From Octopus bimaculoides (Eukaryota): a stretch of DNA of 64,000 bases. The translations under genes and the position numbers were made by a program. Location: assembly GCF_001194135.2 (NCBI RefSeq), contig NC_069001.1:32617539-32681538 (forward strand), in the 5' to 3' direction. Below, piece by piece: positions 24,513-38,736 of this stretch. Every line of letters begins with the position of its first letter. Positions within the stretch are counted from its first letter, which is position 1. A model generated the notes under the pieces. It saw nothing but the letters and a program-made list of their open reading frames with translations. It did not search any database and was not told the DNA's origin.

Positions 24513-25401
24513 ATTAGGTGAGATTGTTAAGGAGATTTGACTAACAATTTTATAAAAGGTTAACATGCTAATTTATATAAGGGCTCACGTGCCAGTTTAT
24601 TCATATACTAGTTTATTATATGAAGTTCCACGTACTTGTCTTTACAAAAGTTTGTATGCTAATTTCAAAAGTTTTTTTTTTTCATTCTTTTTAACAGTTA
24701 TGTGAGACACTTTAATTATTGTTAAATATACCTTACAACAGGAATTGCTTAATTTGTGATGAATTGAAGAAATCTCTTCTGCATATTGTAATTTAAGGTG
24801 TTCTTATTGAGTTAGGTCTGTGATGGATTGTTGGTTTGTTTTTAATGTATGTCCTGATGTAACATTATTGAATTAGTTTCATTAACTGTTTCCCTCAGAT
24901 TGGCTCGTTGATACTCAGGCTTATTCTGTTCTCGTTTTCCACCTATATCTAATATCAATGTTTATATAGTTAATTAATCTCTTCCATAACTAGTTGATCT
25001 CTCTCTCTGGCTGACCAAAGCTTTGTGAATAGATTTGGTAGACGGAAACTAAAAGAAGTCCATCATATATATATGTCTATATGTGTGTGTCTCTGTCTGT
25101 GTCCCCCCCCCCATCACCACTTGACAACCGGTGTTGGTGTGTTTACATCCCCATAACTTAGCAGTTTGGCAAAAGACTACCAATAAAATAAATACCAGGC
25201 TTCAAAAATAAGTACTGGGGTTGATTTCTTCAACTAAAAAAAAACTATTTAAGGTGATGCCCCAGCATGGCTGGCAGTTAAATGACTGAAACAAGTAAAA
25301 GATAAAAGATATATATTGTAACAAGTTGATATTATCTCTTGGTCTTTCCAACTGTATCTAGTACCAGTGTTCATATAATTAATCTTTTCTGTAACTAGTT
25401 G

Positions 25402-25459
<58 letters not shown>

Positions 25460-25894
25460 ATTGTAATGGGTTGGTATAAATTATTATTTGTTCATATATA
25501 TTAATCAGTCTTCTACTTTATCCTTAGATAGGTATACTAAATTTGTTTAGTAAATTTTGTGAAACTTTTGACGAGAGGTGTTTATTCCAAATCTTAACAT
25601 CTCTTACTTATGGGTGGTATGTCTATTGCTATCTGTTAATCCTCCTTTCTAGTACCTCACCATAGCTAATCCTGTCAAATCTTTATCAATCCACACACCT
25701 TGTATTAATCGTGACTTGAATGCAGTTTTGTTGTCATAAATTTTTTTCTCCAGCTTAAACAGAGATGATTAGAAGAACATAAGGTTTATGATATAAATCT
25801 AAGTTACTTGAACCTCTCCGCTGTAGTGAGAGTAATTTCCAGCAGCTTTAGATGTATAAAATGGTTAACAAGAGAAGCACTGGTCCCTTGACAC

Positions 25895-26046
25895 CAGTGG
25901 TTCCCAACCTTTTTATTTAAATGAGTTTTCCCAAAGACCCCTTTTAATATGCTTATCCTTATTAAATTTTGAATTTAGTTCACGGACCCCCAGTACTATG
26001 TTTGAGGACCACCAGGGATCTGCGGACCCCAGGTTGGGAACCATAG
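25895..26046. mobile_element. Older hAT MITE
   Basis: TIRs cagtggttcccaacct and aggttgggaaccatag; degenerate 8-bp TSD cttgacac versus cattacac. Confidence 0.75.
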
Positions 26047-26520
26047 CATTACACAATTTTATTGGCAAAGACACTTAACTCTTGATAATCTCAGTCCAAC
26101 CTACTGTAAATTGAACATCGTTCATTGCTGCTGATGTAAGTGAGTTAAGAGTTACTATATAAATGACAATTGTTCCATTACTTTCTGTTGCTGGCCTTTA
26201 ATTTTCCTGAATGTGAAACCAGTTTGAATAAAATGCTCCTATCGAGAAAGGAAGAAATATTTGCAGCACCTTGTGTCATGTAAACTAAGATAAGTAGATA
26301 AGTAATGGTTGATAAAGGGGAGCGAAGTAAAACAGTTACTTCTAGATAACTGAGAGTTCAAAGTATTTTCAAGTCTACCAGAGAATTGTCTATTTGAGTC
26401 ATGAATGCACCTTTAAATTTTTTAAATTTGTAAAATTATTAGTTGAATTTGAGAGAAGTACCCCTATATTTTTTCCTGTGCATCATAAATCTTCTCCCCT
26501 CCTTCCTAGCATATATATAT

Positions 26521-26672
26521 ATATATGGGAGAATTTATGAAAAAAACAACAGACGAAGACAGGTGGTGTAAACAACAAATGGATGTATTAGTTTAACGCT
26601 CAGGAATAGAGAGTCTTTGACATTTCGAGCCTATGCTCTTCAACTGAAAGGAACACAGAAAGAAACAAGGAG
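26521..26672 (-). mobile_element. Probable Penelope-like element terminal (pLTR) fragment
   Basis: Minus strand reads gttgaagagcataggctcgaaatgtc, the GAAGA...CGAAAY motif typical of Penelope-like element termini. Confidence 0.45.
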
Positions 26673-27325
26673 AGACCAGAATGAACATTTAATATTCTCT
26701 CAGTAATTGTTGACATGCTCCTGAAGCTGTATGTCTTCTCTTCACAATCACCTAGAGTGGAGGATAATTATCTATTAATTAATTGATGTAGGGAGAAAGA
26801 AAAATAGAATTTTTAGATTATAGAGTAATGAGATGACAATTTCTTAAAGGATATCTATATGTTAAATGAAATACTTGAATTTTTTTTTAACTTTTAGGCT
26901 TTGTCCAAGTGAATGTTGTGTGTGTGTATGTTTGTATTTGCAAGTGGTGTTATGATCAATGAAAAGAGTGCACGATACTTGAAGCAGAATAGATATTTAT
27001 TGTATCAGAATTAAACTTCTCTACTTTTCTCATTATTTCAACCTTCTTGTCAGGCAGTAATCATCAGATTGTACATACCTGAAATACTCTTTGAATTGCT
27101 ACACCGATCTGATGATTGCTCTATCAGCAAGAAATATATATATATATGAAATGTTCATTGTGATAATCTGGGTTTAAAATTTCTCGAGTAATATTAACAG
27201 TAATTTTTAAGAACAAGAATGGCTGGACTCTCAAAGTGATCAGCTTCTATGCAATTAAGCTTTGTTATTCCTCTTGTGCCTCTGACCCCTATATTGACCA
27301 GCTGCTTCTCATGTATCTGTCCTAG

Positions 27326-27412
27326 AAATGAATGCTGCCCGTGACCCTAATCAGCTAAAAAATGACAACAAATACAGTCAACTGTCCAGGACATCACCAT
27401 CTATATTTGAAG
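27326..27412 (+). CDS. EPN: Candidate 87-nt symmetric exon of epsin (EMNAARDPNQLKNDNKYSQLSRTSPSIFE)
   Basis: ctgtcctAG acceptor at 27325, GTAAGA donor at 27413; length 3n, open in the phase 1 required between 16791 and 32158. Confidence 0.65.
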
Positions 27413-29061
27413 GTAAGACAATGGATGATCTGCAGAAGGAGCAACACAAACAATGGAATAGGGGTGAAAAGAAACAAAGCAAAAATTTTATTGATATTTT
27501 CCTTGGCTTGAAGACTTATTTTTTTCCTATTATCTCACCCCTTTTCTTTCCAACTTCTTGCCTCTTTTTTTTTTTTTTTTTTTTAACTTTAAAATAAGCC
27601 TGTTTATACTCCTCTCCAACCTAATTTCATTTCTTAATCCCTGAGCAATTTCTATTAAGTAAACCCTTTCTCACTAGTTAGAGTGAAATGTGTTTGAAGA
27701 CCCTTTGCCTCCTACTCAATAGTAGACAGTAGGTGATCTCCCCCCTCCTGAATGTCTTTCTAGTCCAACCATGCCAATTTATTAAAATAGATATTTGAAA
27801 TGGCCGCACTGCAATTGGAGTTGTCTGTTGTTTGCTAATCGTTAGAAACATTTTCTGTTATGTTCACAGATATCAATAAACACACAGAGACATATTCTCT
27901 CTCTCTCTCTCTCTCTCTTAACAAAACATGACAGCAAGCAATTAATTTTGGGCTTGTGATTGTTAGGCCACGAATTTGGTTCTTGGACTAGGTCATACAT
28001 TGTGTCCTTGAATAAGATATATTTCCTATTGTTCCATACTACTTAGATGAAAGCGAGTACCTGTTGGCAACTGGGGGATGACTTTACAATAGACTGGCTT
28101 CACATTCAAGAGAGAATCTTATCACTTTAACTCTTTCAGAAGAATTTAGCTAAATAACAGTCATTATTATAACAGTGTTTGGAATATAATTTCACATGAA
28201 ATTTTGTTTGATGGAAGGCTTCAACTTGTTTATCCTTTAAACAGAAAGTTTGAATCAATAGAAGCAGGGGTGGTTTGTTATCGCTTTGAAAACTAGTATA
28301 AGCTCTGGTTTGATGAGCTTCTGTGTTTGAAATAGACAGGCATTTAACAACACTCATAGTATGAGATTAGAGAAATATCTATCCACTATGTAATTAACAT
28401 CCTTGTAATCCTAGAAGGACTACCATAGTTATTGTTGAGTTGTTTGGAGACTGCAATGTATTGTATTTCTGCTTCTGCTTCTTCATGAGATTTCACCCAA
28501 CACAACTTCAAATGTTTAAACAATATCTATATTTATAGGTGGGAGCAATGTTTTAAATAGTTTATCCTCTGTGTGTGCCTTCAGTGTATAGTTACTACAC
28601 TTATGTGTGTGCGTGTGTGTGTGTATGTTGCCGAGTGTATGTTCAATTTGCATCATATGCATTTTCTGTTTGCTATACATGTTGCGTTTTGGTTGTAATA
28701 TTTTAGCACATTATTCTTCACTATATTAATGATTTACTTACGAAAGAAATGAAATTCACCAATGCCATCTTCTGATCACTCACTCATCTAAATGCATATA
28801 TGTCATATATATATATATATATATANNNNNNNNNNNNNNNNNNNNNNNNNNNNNNNNNNNNNNNNNNNNNNNNNNNNNNNNNNNNNNNNNNNNNNNNNNN
28901 NNNNNNNNNNNNNNNNNNNNNNNNNNNNNNNNNNNNNNNNNNNNNNNNNNNNNNNNNNNNNNNNNNNNNNNNNNNNNNNNNNNNNNNNNNNNNNNNNNNN
29001 NNNNNNNNNNNNNNNNNNNNNNNNNNNNNNNNNNATAATTATACATATTATATGCATATTG

Positions 29062-29100
<39 letters not shown>

Positions 29101-30409
29101 TTTTATATTTATATGTAATTTGTTTTTTGCACAAACTTGCTACATATGCACTCAAATTGCATCATATCTGGATTCTTTGGAACTATTTGCTTGTTAAGTT
29201 TTCTTCTAACAGTTTTGATTTACTTTCATCCCCACCCCCCTTTTAATTGCTACTATTTCCTTCTTCTGGTGTTTCGTATATTTGCGTGTACCATTTTTAC
29301 ATCCATTTTCTTGATACTAACATTTGCTGGTATGGAATTTTTTTTTTCTTTTTTCTTCTTCTTTTCAATGAGAGTAATTGTTGTTTTCACAGCTGGATGT
29401 CCTTGCTAACTTGCTAAACCAGTCGAGTATTTTTTTTTTTTTTTGGTTTCTTCTCACAGTCAGAGCAGAGTTATAGCCCTTGCTCAACACCAACAGCACA
29501 CACTGGCTGGAAGAAAGGTTTGGACACACAACCATACAGTCAGTGGTCCAACACCTTGACTTCACAGCCATCTGGGAAGCTATAAACATTGATGTTTTAC
29601 AGTAAACAAACATATATGAATCTTCCTCTCTCTGTCTCTCCCCCATCCTTTTTAATCTCTACTCTGGTGGTCTGAATTTTTTCAAGCTTATAGTAATTGC
29701 TTTTTTGTGCATGGATTTTTCTTGGTAAAATGAAGTNNNNNNNNNNCTCTTTTTTTTTTTTTTTTTTCTTTTTTCTGTTTTAATATATTTTGATGGTGAA
29801 ATTTTTCCCTGGAAGTATTTTGTATTTTGATTGTTTTTTTCTTTTTCACTGTTATAAATTAAATAAATTTTATGATATTGTTTCTATTCATATTGATAAA
29901 GTATATAATAGCTATAATGATGATTGTTTAAATTGATTAATTCTTTTTAACCAGTTAACTTCAATATTTATATTCATGTATAATATGTATTTTGCTTAGT
30001 GAATGAATACTTCCAAATTGTTGATATTAATGTTATTATTGTTATTGATGTTGTTGTTGTTATTAAGGTGGTGGTACCAGTCAAGTACTGGAGTTGATGC
30101 AATCAACTTATGCTTCTCCTTCAAATTGGCTAGTTAAGGGTTATCTCCACAGATTTTCTATAGAAATTATTGCCAGCACTGATTTGTTATAACATTTCGT
30201 ATCTGAGTATGCTTATGTAAGCAACAATGAGATTGAAGAGGACAAATGGGTAATGGGTGTATATGCCATATTTTTTACTCCTTGATCAGCTCCCATCCAA
30301 CCCATTAATCATCCATGAACCCGTTGCTTAAATATCCACCAAATAGAGCAGTGTAACATTATTGGATATACCAGTTTTACATATATATATAGACTTGTTG
30401 AGGCAAGTG

Positions 30410-30865
30410 AAATCGAAATCGAACTAAATTCGACGACTGGCACCCGTGCCAACGTCGTCTCCTTCATTGGACACGAAACTCAGCTTGCAAAGACTTATTG
30501 GGGCAAGCGAAAGCGAAATCGGGATGGCACCTGTGCCCAGCGTCGCCTTTCTGGCACTTGTGCCCATGACATGTGTAAGCGAGATCGTTGCCAGTGCCCC
30601 TGGACTGGCTCTTGTGCGGGTGGCACATAAAATACACCATTTTGAGCATGGCTGTTGCCAGTACCGCCTGACTGGCCTTCGTGCGGGTGACACGTAAAAG
30701 CACCCACTACACTCTCTGAGTGGTTGGCGTTAGGAAGGGCATCCAGCTGTAGAAACTCTACCAAATCAGATTGGAGCATGGTGTAGCCATCTGGTTTCAC
30801 CAGTCCTCAGTCAAATCGTCTAACCCATGCTAGCATGGAAAGCGGACGTTAAACGATGATGATAT
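30410..30865 (+). mobile_element. Retroposon 3' end with (GAT)n tail; further copies at 41720-42031 (+), 62563-62930 (-) and 12040-12645
   Basis: Shared gcacgtaaaagcacccactacactct..gagtggttggcgttaggaagggcatccagctgtag...gttaaacgatgatgat. Confidence 0.8.
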
Positions 30866-31536
30866 ATATATATAGATAGATAGATAGATATAGATATATG
30901 TATAAAAATATATTTATGTATATATAACAGTCCCATTAGAATGTTAAAGTGAAGGTAAACAGAACAAGCCTCCACTGAAAAAAAAATGAAGAGCACATTG
31001 ACTTATTTTCTAGGATTTTTTCTTTTTTTTTTCTCTGCCTGCCGTATGAGATTATGGTATCAAACAAATGACAACAACAGTGGCTCAGTGGTTAGAGCGT
31101 CAGGCTTATAATCATGAGTTAGTGAGTTTGATTCCTGGACCAGTCTGTGTGTGTTGTGTTCTTGAGCAAGACACTTCATTTCATGTCGCTCCTGTTCATT
31201 CAGCTGTAGAAATGACTTGTGATGTCACTGGTGCCAAGCTGTATCGGCTTTTGCCTTTCCCCTGGATAACACTGGTGGAGTGGAGAGGGTACTTTATTTT
31301 ATCAGCCCGAAGACAAAAGGTAAAGTCAACCACAACATGATTTGAGCTCTGAACTGGAAGAAAAACTACTCAACATTTTACCCAACTCGCAATTCTGCCA
31401 GCTGATAACAAATAATTATTGGTTCTAGGTTCAGTCCCTGTGCATGGCACCTTGGGCAAATGTTTTCTACTGTAGCTTTGGGCTGACCAAAGCCTTTTAA
31501 GTGGATTTGGTAGACAGAAACTGAAAGAAGCCAGTC

Positions 31537-31574
<38 letters not shown>

Positions 31575-31575
31575 A

Positions 31576-31612
<37 letters not shown>

Positions 31613-32157
31613 NNNNNNNNNNNNNNNNNNNNNNNNNNNNNNNNNNNNNNNNNNNNNNNNNNNNNNNNNNNNNNNNNNNNNNNNNNNNNNNNNNNNNNNN
31701 NNNNNNNNNNNNNNNNNNNNNNNNNNNNNNNNNNNNNNNNNNNNNNNNNNNNNNNNNNNNNNNNNNNNNNNNNNNNNNNNNNNNNNNNNNNNNNNNNNNN
31801 NNNNNNNNNNNNNNNNNTTAGTCATCCCCTAAAATTGTTGGCCTTGTACCAAAATTTGAAAACATTAATTATATTAATTGCTTTTTGTTTTGTTTTTTGT
31901 ATCATTTGTGGATATTATTTTCATCTACTTTTTTCTTCTCTCACATTGTCAAATACTAATTGAGGTCAATTAGTAATATTAAAATAAGTAATTATTTTAA
32001 ACATTTATTTTTAAGATTGTTTAACAACAGCAACAACAACAAAAAGTTGTTTTTCTTTCTTTCTTTCCATTCCACAAAAAAAAAAGAATTTTTTTAATAT
32101 AATTTTCTTTCTTTCTTTTTTTTTTTCTTTTCTTTTGCTTTATTTCGTCCTTTTTAG

Positions 32158-32363
32158 GCACCAACCCATTTACCGGAAGTGGAACGAACCCCTTTGAACA
32201 ATCTACAGCCCGAGTGCCCCTGCGTCAAATGCAGCAGTCTCAACAACAGAGTTTCACCTCGGTGAACAACGCTGATGTGCTCCCAAGACCCCTCATTCCA
32301 TTTAATACACCTCTACAGCCTGGTATACAGCAACCAAATCAACCCAGCAATCCGTTTCTTTAA
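32158..32363 (+). CDS. EPN: Epsin terminal coding exon with three NPF (EH-domain-binding) motifs
   Basis: TNPFTGSGTNPFEQ...QPSNPFL* (TAA at 32361-32363); long polypyrimidine acceptor ttttAG at 32157, phase 1. The six core exons total 1326 nt in frame (441 aa plus stop). Confidence 0.96.
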
Positions 32364-33902
32364 CAGCAGTTTGTTTGACTGTCATGAACGATGACGATTT
32401 GAGGAATCCGTTCGAGGGTTTCTTTTGGTTTTTTGGTTGTTTTTTTTTTTAAACCAAACTCCTCCTGTTTCTTTTCCTTTCTATCTTCTCCTCCCTTTTT
32501 TTCTTATAACGACAAATGGAACAAGGAGACAAAATGGACGAGGAAAGAAAAAAAGAAAGAAAGAAAGAAAAAAGGAAAGAAAAAAAAAAGCAAATATATT
32601 TAAAAATAAAAAACAAATAACCAACTGGAAAAAAAAAATGGTGAGGAAAGATAAAAAAGAAAACAGAAGACGAAAAGACAAAGCAACTCTGAAGACTGCT
32701 ACTTGTAAAAAACTAACCAATGACGAAAATAAGATATTTATATCATCACAGTCTGTTTTAGTGATAGTGGTGATGATAGTGGTGGTGGTGGTGGTGATGA
32801 TGATGATGACGATGATGGCGGTGATGACGATGGTGACCAGAGATGGTGGTGGTGCTACATAAACAAGAAATAAGGAATATAACAAACTTTTACCTTTGTT
32901 TGTTCTGATGATTACCATTATTATTATTATTATTATGATTATTATTATAATTAATATTATTATTACAATTAATGTCATTATTATATTCATTTATTATTGT
33001 TATTATTTTTAATAAGAAATTTTGAACAAATTAGGTGGGGTGGGGGTGGGATATTGATAGTCTTTTACTACTCATCCCACCTAAAGAATCAGAATTGCAC
33101 AATATGAGAGCGAGCGAGCGAGAGAAAGAGAGAGAGAGAGCGGGGTGAATCTTAGGTGAAATTTTAATAAGCACCAACAAAACTCCAAACGCAGCACATA
33201 TAACTTTGTGTGTTTGTGTGTGTGTATGAATGCGAATATACACGCATGTATATGCGTTTGTGAATAAACACACATGTTCTGATGTGTCTATATGTTTGTG
33301 AATGCATGGATGTGAATTTACAGTCAAACTTTTGCATGTGTGCATATGCGGATGTGAATAGACTGTCATCCTCTTGAGTGACTGTTAGTGTATGCATGCG
33401 CGTGTGTGTCTGTGTGTGTGTGTATGAGACAGACAGAAAGAAAGAAAGAGAATGTGAACGCCAGTATACATGCATAATCTTGTGTATGTGTGAATATACA
33501 TACATACTCTTGCGTTTTTGTGTGAGTCAGTGCTATTATACACACACACACACATACATACAAACATTCTTCCTTATATAACTAGTGGCTATTGAAAAGG
33601 AAAAATAAATATGCAAAGTTAATCCTATTGGCGGGAAGAAACTATTTCGTTACTTGAAGCCATCAATGGAATTCTTGGATTCTTTCGTCTTCAACCAACC
33701 CAAATTCTTACATTTATTTAACCTTTTGAATTATTTCTTTTTCTGTTTTTGCCATTACTTTTTCTTTATTTCTTTTTTTTTTAATGTTTATTTTGGGTTT
33801 TTTTTTTTTTTTAAACCGTAACAGTAGCAAGAATAAAACTTAAATATTGATATATAAAAATCAAAATATGGCTCGGATTGCATTTATGTTTTCATACACA
33901 TT

Positions 33903-33965
<63 letters not shown>

Positions 33966-35394
33966 ATACACACACACACACACACATTCATATGTATGTG
34001 TCATATATGATATACACCCATCCACACTTACAATTTTTTAAACTGAAGTGACAATGGAAGAATGTCTGCTGTACTTCTGAAGGAATCAGTACTTACTACA
34101 ATTCTATTTCCTTATTTCATAAATCTTTTATTATAGATTTTACTTTGTGTGTGTGTGTGTGTTTATATATATATGAATATGTATTTGTGTATATATATAT
34201 GAATATGTATGTGTGTGTGTGTGTGTGTAATATATGTACATATATGTATGTCTGTTTAAATATACATATGAATGTGTGTGTTTACATATACATGTGTGTG
34301 TGGATATATGTGTTTGTGTATATATATGTGTGTATATTTCCATAGGTATATGTGTGTGTGGGGGGAGGATATTTGCTTATTTGTTTTAGTTTTTAATTTA
34401 ATTTAATTTTATTTTTTTAAATATAGTATGAGACATTAATAATAATAATAATAATATCGTGCTATGTTGGTATGAGTTCTGAAATATCTTTGAAAAATTG
34501 CTTTTCTGTAATTTTTGTACTTAATGCTATCATTCACTCCGTATAAATGACATTTTACAGTTTCGGCTTCATGTATATCTTTGCTAGACAAACAGCAGCA
34601 GCAGCAACCAACAACAACAACACCACCTTATTGCCTGCATGTTCACCTGCTTCTCAACTAATTAAAAATTAAAAACCCAGAAACAGAAAAAAAAAAACAA
34701 AAAAACAAGTAAATTTATTGGGGAGTGGACTAGTGGGGACGACAAATCAGAAATATGGTCAACTTCTAGAATGACAGCAACATGATAAAAGGAGGCAAAA
34801 TTGCAAGCAAGAAANNNNNNNNNNNNNNNNNNNNNNNNNNNNNNNNNNNNNNNNNNNNNNNNNNNNNNNNNNNNNNNNNNNNNNNNNNNNNNNNNNNNNN
34901 NNNNNNNNNNNNNNNNNNNNNNNNNNNNNNNNNNNNNNNNNNNNNNNNNNNNNNNNNNNNNNNNNNNNNNNNNNNNNNNNNNNNNNNNNNNNNNNNNNNN
35001 NNNNNNNNNNNNNNNNNNNNNNNNNNNNNNNNNNNNNNNNNNNNNNNNNNNNNNNNNNNNNNNNNNNNNNNNNNNNNNNNNNNNNNNNNNNNNNNNNNNN
35101 NNNNNNNNNNNNNNNNNNNNNNNNNNNNNNNNNNNNNNNNNNNNNNNNNNNNNNNNNNNNNNNNNNNNNNNNNNNNNNNNNNNNNNNNNNNNNNNNNNNN
35201 NNNNNNNNNNNNNNNNNNNNNNNNNNNNNNNNNNNNNNNNNNNNNNNNNNNNNNNNNNNNNNNNNNNNNNNNNNNNNNNNNNNNNNNNNNNNNNNNNNNN
35301 NNNNNNNNNNNNNNNNNNNNNNNNNNNNNNNNNNNNNNNNNNNNNNNNNNNGTGGAAAGAAAGGTTTAAATATCTACATAAATGTGTGTGTATT

Positions 35395-35441
<47 letters not shown>

Positions 35442-38081
35442 CACACATATACATATATGTTCGTGTTTAGCTAACGTGAAATATTCTGAATTTTGCAGTT
35501 GGGGCAAATGAACAGGCATTCAATTTCCCCCGAAGTCATTGGCATATAATGTCGCTAGTTTCTATTTAACTCAAACATTTTTATATTTCATTATAGTTTC
35601 ATTATTTATATATATATATATATGAGAAATATGTCATTTGTCATTTCATAGAAGTACTTCAGAGTCTGGCATTCACAAAATAAAAAAAAAACAGGACAAA
35701 CAAACATTTGGGGGTAAACACTGAGGATGTTGTTGTAATCCGTTTTTGAATGCAGGAATCGATATTCTCATCAGGCAGTGAAGCAGCTCCATAGATGCTT
35801 TGATCACTGGCATCACAGCACTAAAGCTGTTTGGAACCATCTACTGCTATAAGCAACAAAACTCCCATACAACAACACAAACTTTGCTAAGTCAGATGTT
35901 GTGGCTTCTGGGCCAGATGTTTCTGCCACTCGCAATGCTCATTCTCACTTAACCACTGCAGATGTAATGGCTTTCATTCTCAGCAGCTTCTGAGAATTTC
36001 TAACAGTGTTTTTTTTTTTTTGTCCCTTTTGTTTCAAAATGTTTATTTTTGAAAGTGGAAGATTTGAATGTCTTAAGTCCTTATCATAATTTCAACTAAG
36101 CCAGTGTACAGTCTTAGCAAACTGTGAACTAGTTTTATTTCTAATTGAAACTAGATTTTTTTTTTGCAATTAAATATTACATTGCCTGTTCTCTTGAAAA
36201 AGGCAAGTCCCTTCAACCCCTCCCCTCTAAAAATTTACTGTTTTATACCTTTCATGTAATNNNNNNNNNNNNNNNNNNNNNNNNNNNNNNNNNNNNNNNN
36301 NNNNNNNNNNNNNNNNNNNNNNNNNNNNNNNNNNNNNNNNNNNNNNNNNNNNNNNNNNNNNNNNNNNNNNNNNNNNNNNNNNNNNNNNNNNNNNNNNNNN
36401 NNNNNNNNNNNNNNNNNNNNNNNNNNNNNNNNNNNNNNNNNNNNNNNNNNNNNNNNNNNNNNNNNNNNNNNNNNNNNNNNNNNNNNNNNNNNNNNNNNNN
36501 NNNNNNNNNNNNNNNNNNNNNNNNNNNNNNNNNNNNNNNNNNNNNNNNNNNNNNNNNNNNNNNNNNNNNNNNNNNNNNNNNNNNNNNNNNNNNNNNNNNN
36601 NNNNNNNNNNNNNNNNNNNNNNNNNNNNNNNNNNNNNNNNNNNNNNNNNNNNNNNNNNNNNNNNNNNNNNNNNNNNNNNNNNNNNNNNNNNNNNNNNNNN
36701 NNNNNNNNNNNNNNNNNNNNNNNNNNNNNNNNNNNNNNNNNNNNNNNNNNNNNNNNNNNNNNNNNNNNNNNNNNNNNNNNNNNNNNNNNNNNNNNNNNNN
36801 NNNNNNNNNNNNNNNTGGGAACTTGCCTTTTGCTATTACACAAAACCCACCCCTTCCCCCTTTCCTATTTTTACCCTTTTTTTAAAAATATTTTTCCTTT
36901 ATTTGATTTTGTATAATTTCAGGAAAAAAAAAATCTCATCAAATTTTTTTTTTTTTGTTATTTTTATTAAATCTAAACAAAGTATAATTTATAAAAAATA
37001 TTAATACTGATAATAATAATAACAGCAAAAAAAAAAAAAAAAAATTAAATTTAAGAAATAAAAATGTGTGCATGAAGTTGTTACTGAGTCCAGACACGAC
37101 CATCTGGTTAAGGAGTTTATTTCATGACCATATATGGTTTTGTATGTGATGCCATTGCACAGCAGCAACACCTTGGGCAAGTGTCTTCTACCACAGCCTC
37201 CAGCATGGCCTGTACCTTGTAAATGAAATTCGGAAAAAGAAAATTGTGTGCGAGCTCATAGTGCGTGTGTGTGTATATACATATGTGTATATATGCGTGT
37301 GTGTATATGTGTATGTATGTATATGTGTGTCGTTGTGTATGTGTGTATATATGCATGTATGTGTGTGTGTATATAGATATAGGTATATATACACACACGT
37401 GTATGTATGTAAATTAATGTTAATCAAAAATACCTAGTGGTATTGAAATATGTCCCTTTATCTCAAAGGACGACCAAGCCAGTCAATTAATTAATTAATT
37501 TACGTTGATAAAAATTAATACTGGGCTAAGTACTTGGATCGATATCATTGACTGGAGAGAGGAGGGGAAAAGCCTTGAAGGTGGTGCTCCAGCATGGCCA
37601 TAATGCAGTACATGAATAAAAAGTACTGCAGTGTGTTTTTGTATTTTAGGAGAGGCTGCAGCCGAGTAACAATTATTTGGGCTTTACAAGTACACGCAGG
37701 TTGATTCCCGCCATAGTTATTATATATTTTCTAAATGTCGCATGGAGTTTGAGGTATTCAAAGCTATCTTATTAAACCATAATTATTATTATTATTGTTG
37801 TTGTTGTTGTTATTATTATGGTGGTAGTGGTGGTGGGAAGGGATAGTCAAAAGTAAACATACATATATATATATATATATATGTGCATGTATGTATGTAT
37901 GTGTATACATAGACAACCAAGTGTTTTTTTCTCGTATTTTTTTAAAACTTTTTGTTTCCAGAACTATTTGCTGATTTAAACTAACTTCCAATAGTCCATA
38001 GAAATCTGGATCATTTTGCTATTTGGGATTTTACTTCAATACTACATATTTGCACTCACACACTTATATGTATATATGCAA

Positions 38082-38122
<41 letters not shown>

Positions 38123-38736
38123 CACACATATATGGAGGCTTCTATATATATATATATACACACACACACGTATGTGCGTATATGCTTATATATATACACA
38201 TTTGTGTGTATATATGTTTATATATATATACATACATATTTGTGTATATATGCTTATATATACACACACATTTACGTACACACACACTTGTGTATATACA
38301 TGTTTATATACATGCTTACACACACACACAAATATATTTCATATATGGATTGTTATTTAACTGATTCATTCTGCTGACCATCATGGTTTAATGCCGTTCT
38401 TCCAAGTAATTTTTGTTTGCCATACTGACCACTGGCTATTATAGGCTTTACATGTATGCATAAATGTGTGTGTACGCATATGAGTGTGTATGTATATGCA
38501 TGTATTTGTGTGTGTGTGTGTGTGTGTTTGTGTATATGCGTGATGTTTGTGTATGTATGTATGTATGTGTGTGTGTATATAACACCCTCAGAAGAAAAAG
38601 AATCAAAATAATTTATCTTTTCAGGGCAAAACTCAAGAGTAAACATCTGTGAAAGCCATACTTCTACTGTGGTTATTATTATTATTATTATTATTATTAT
38701 TTAAAAAAAGGATTGACGTAACTCTTCACGAAGGTA

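Noticed and set aside
31077-31140. tRNA-like sequence (also near 9534, 59830 and 63365)
   Set aside because: Degenerate SINE heads followed by SINE bodies; no intact cloverleaf
32425-38652. Many ORFs of THTH, YIYI, CVCV, poly-I or poly-K type
   Set aside because: Translations of (CA)n, (TA)n and (ATT)n microsatellites in and beyond the epsin 3' UTR; no coding signature
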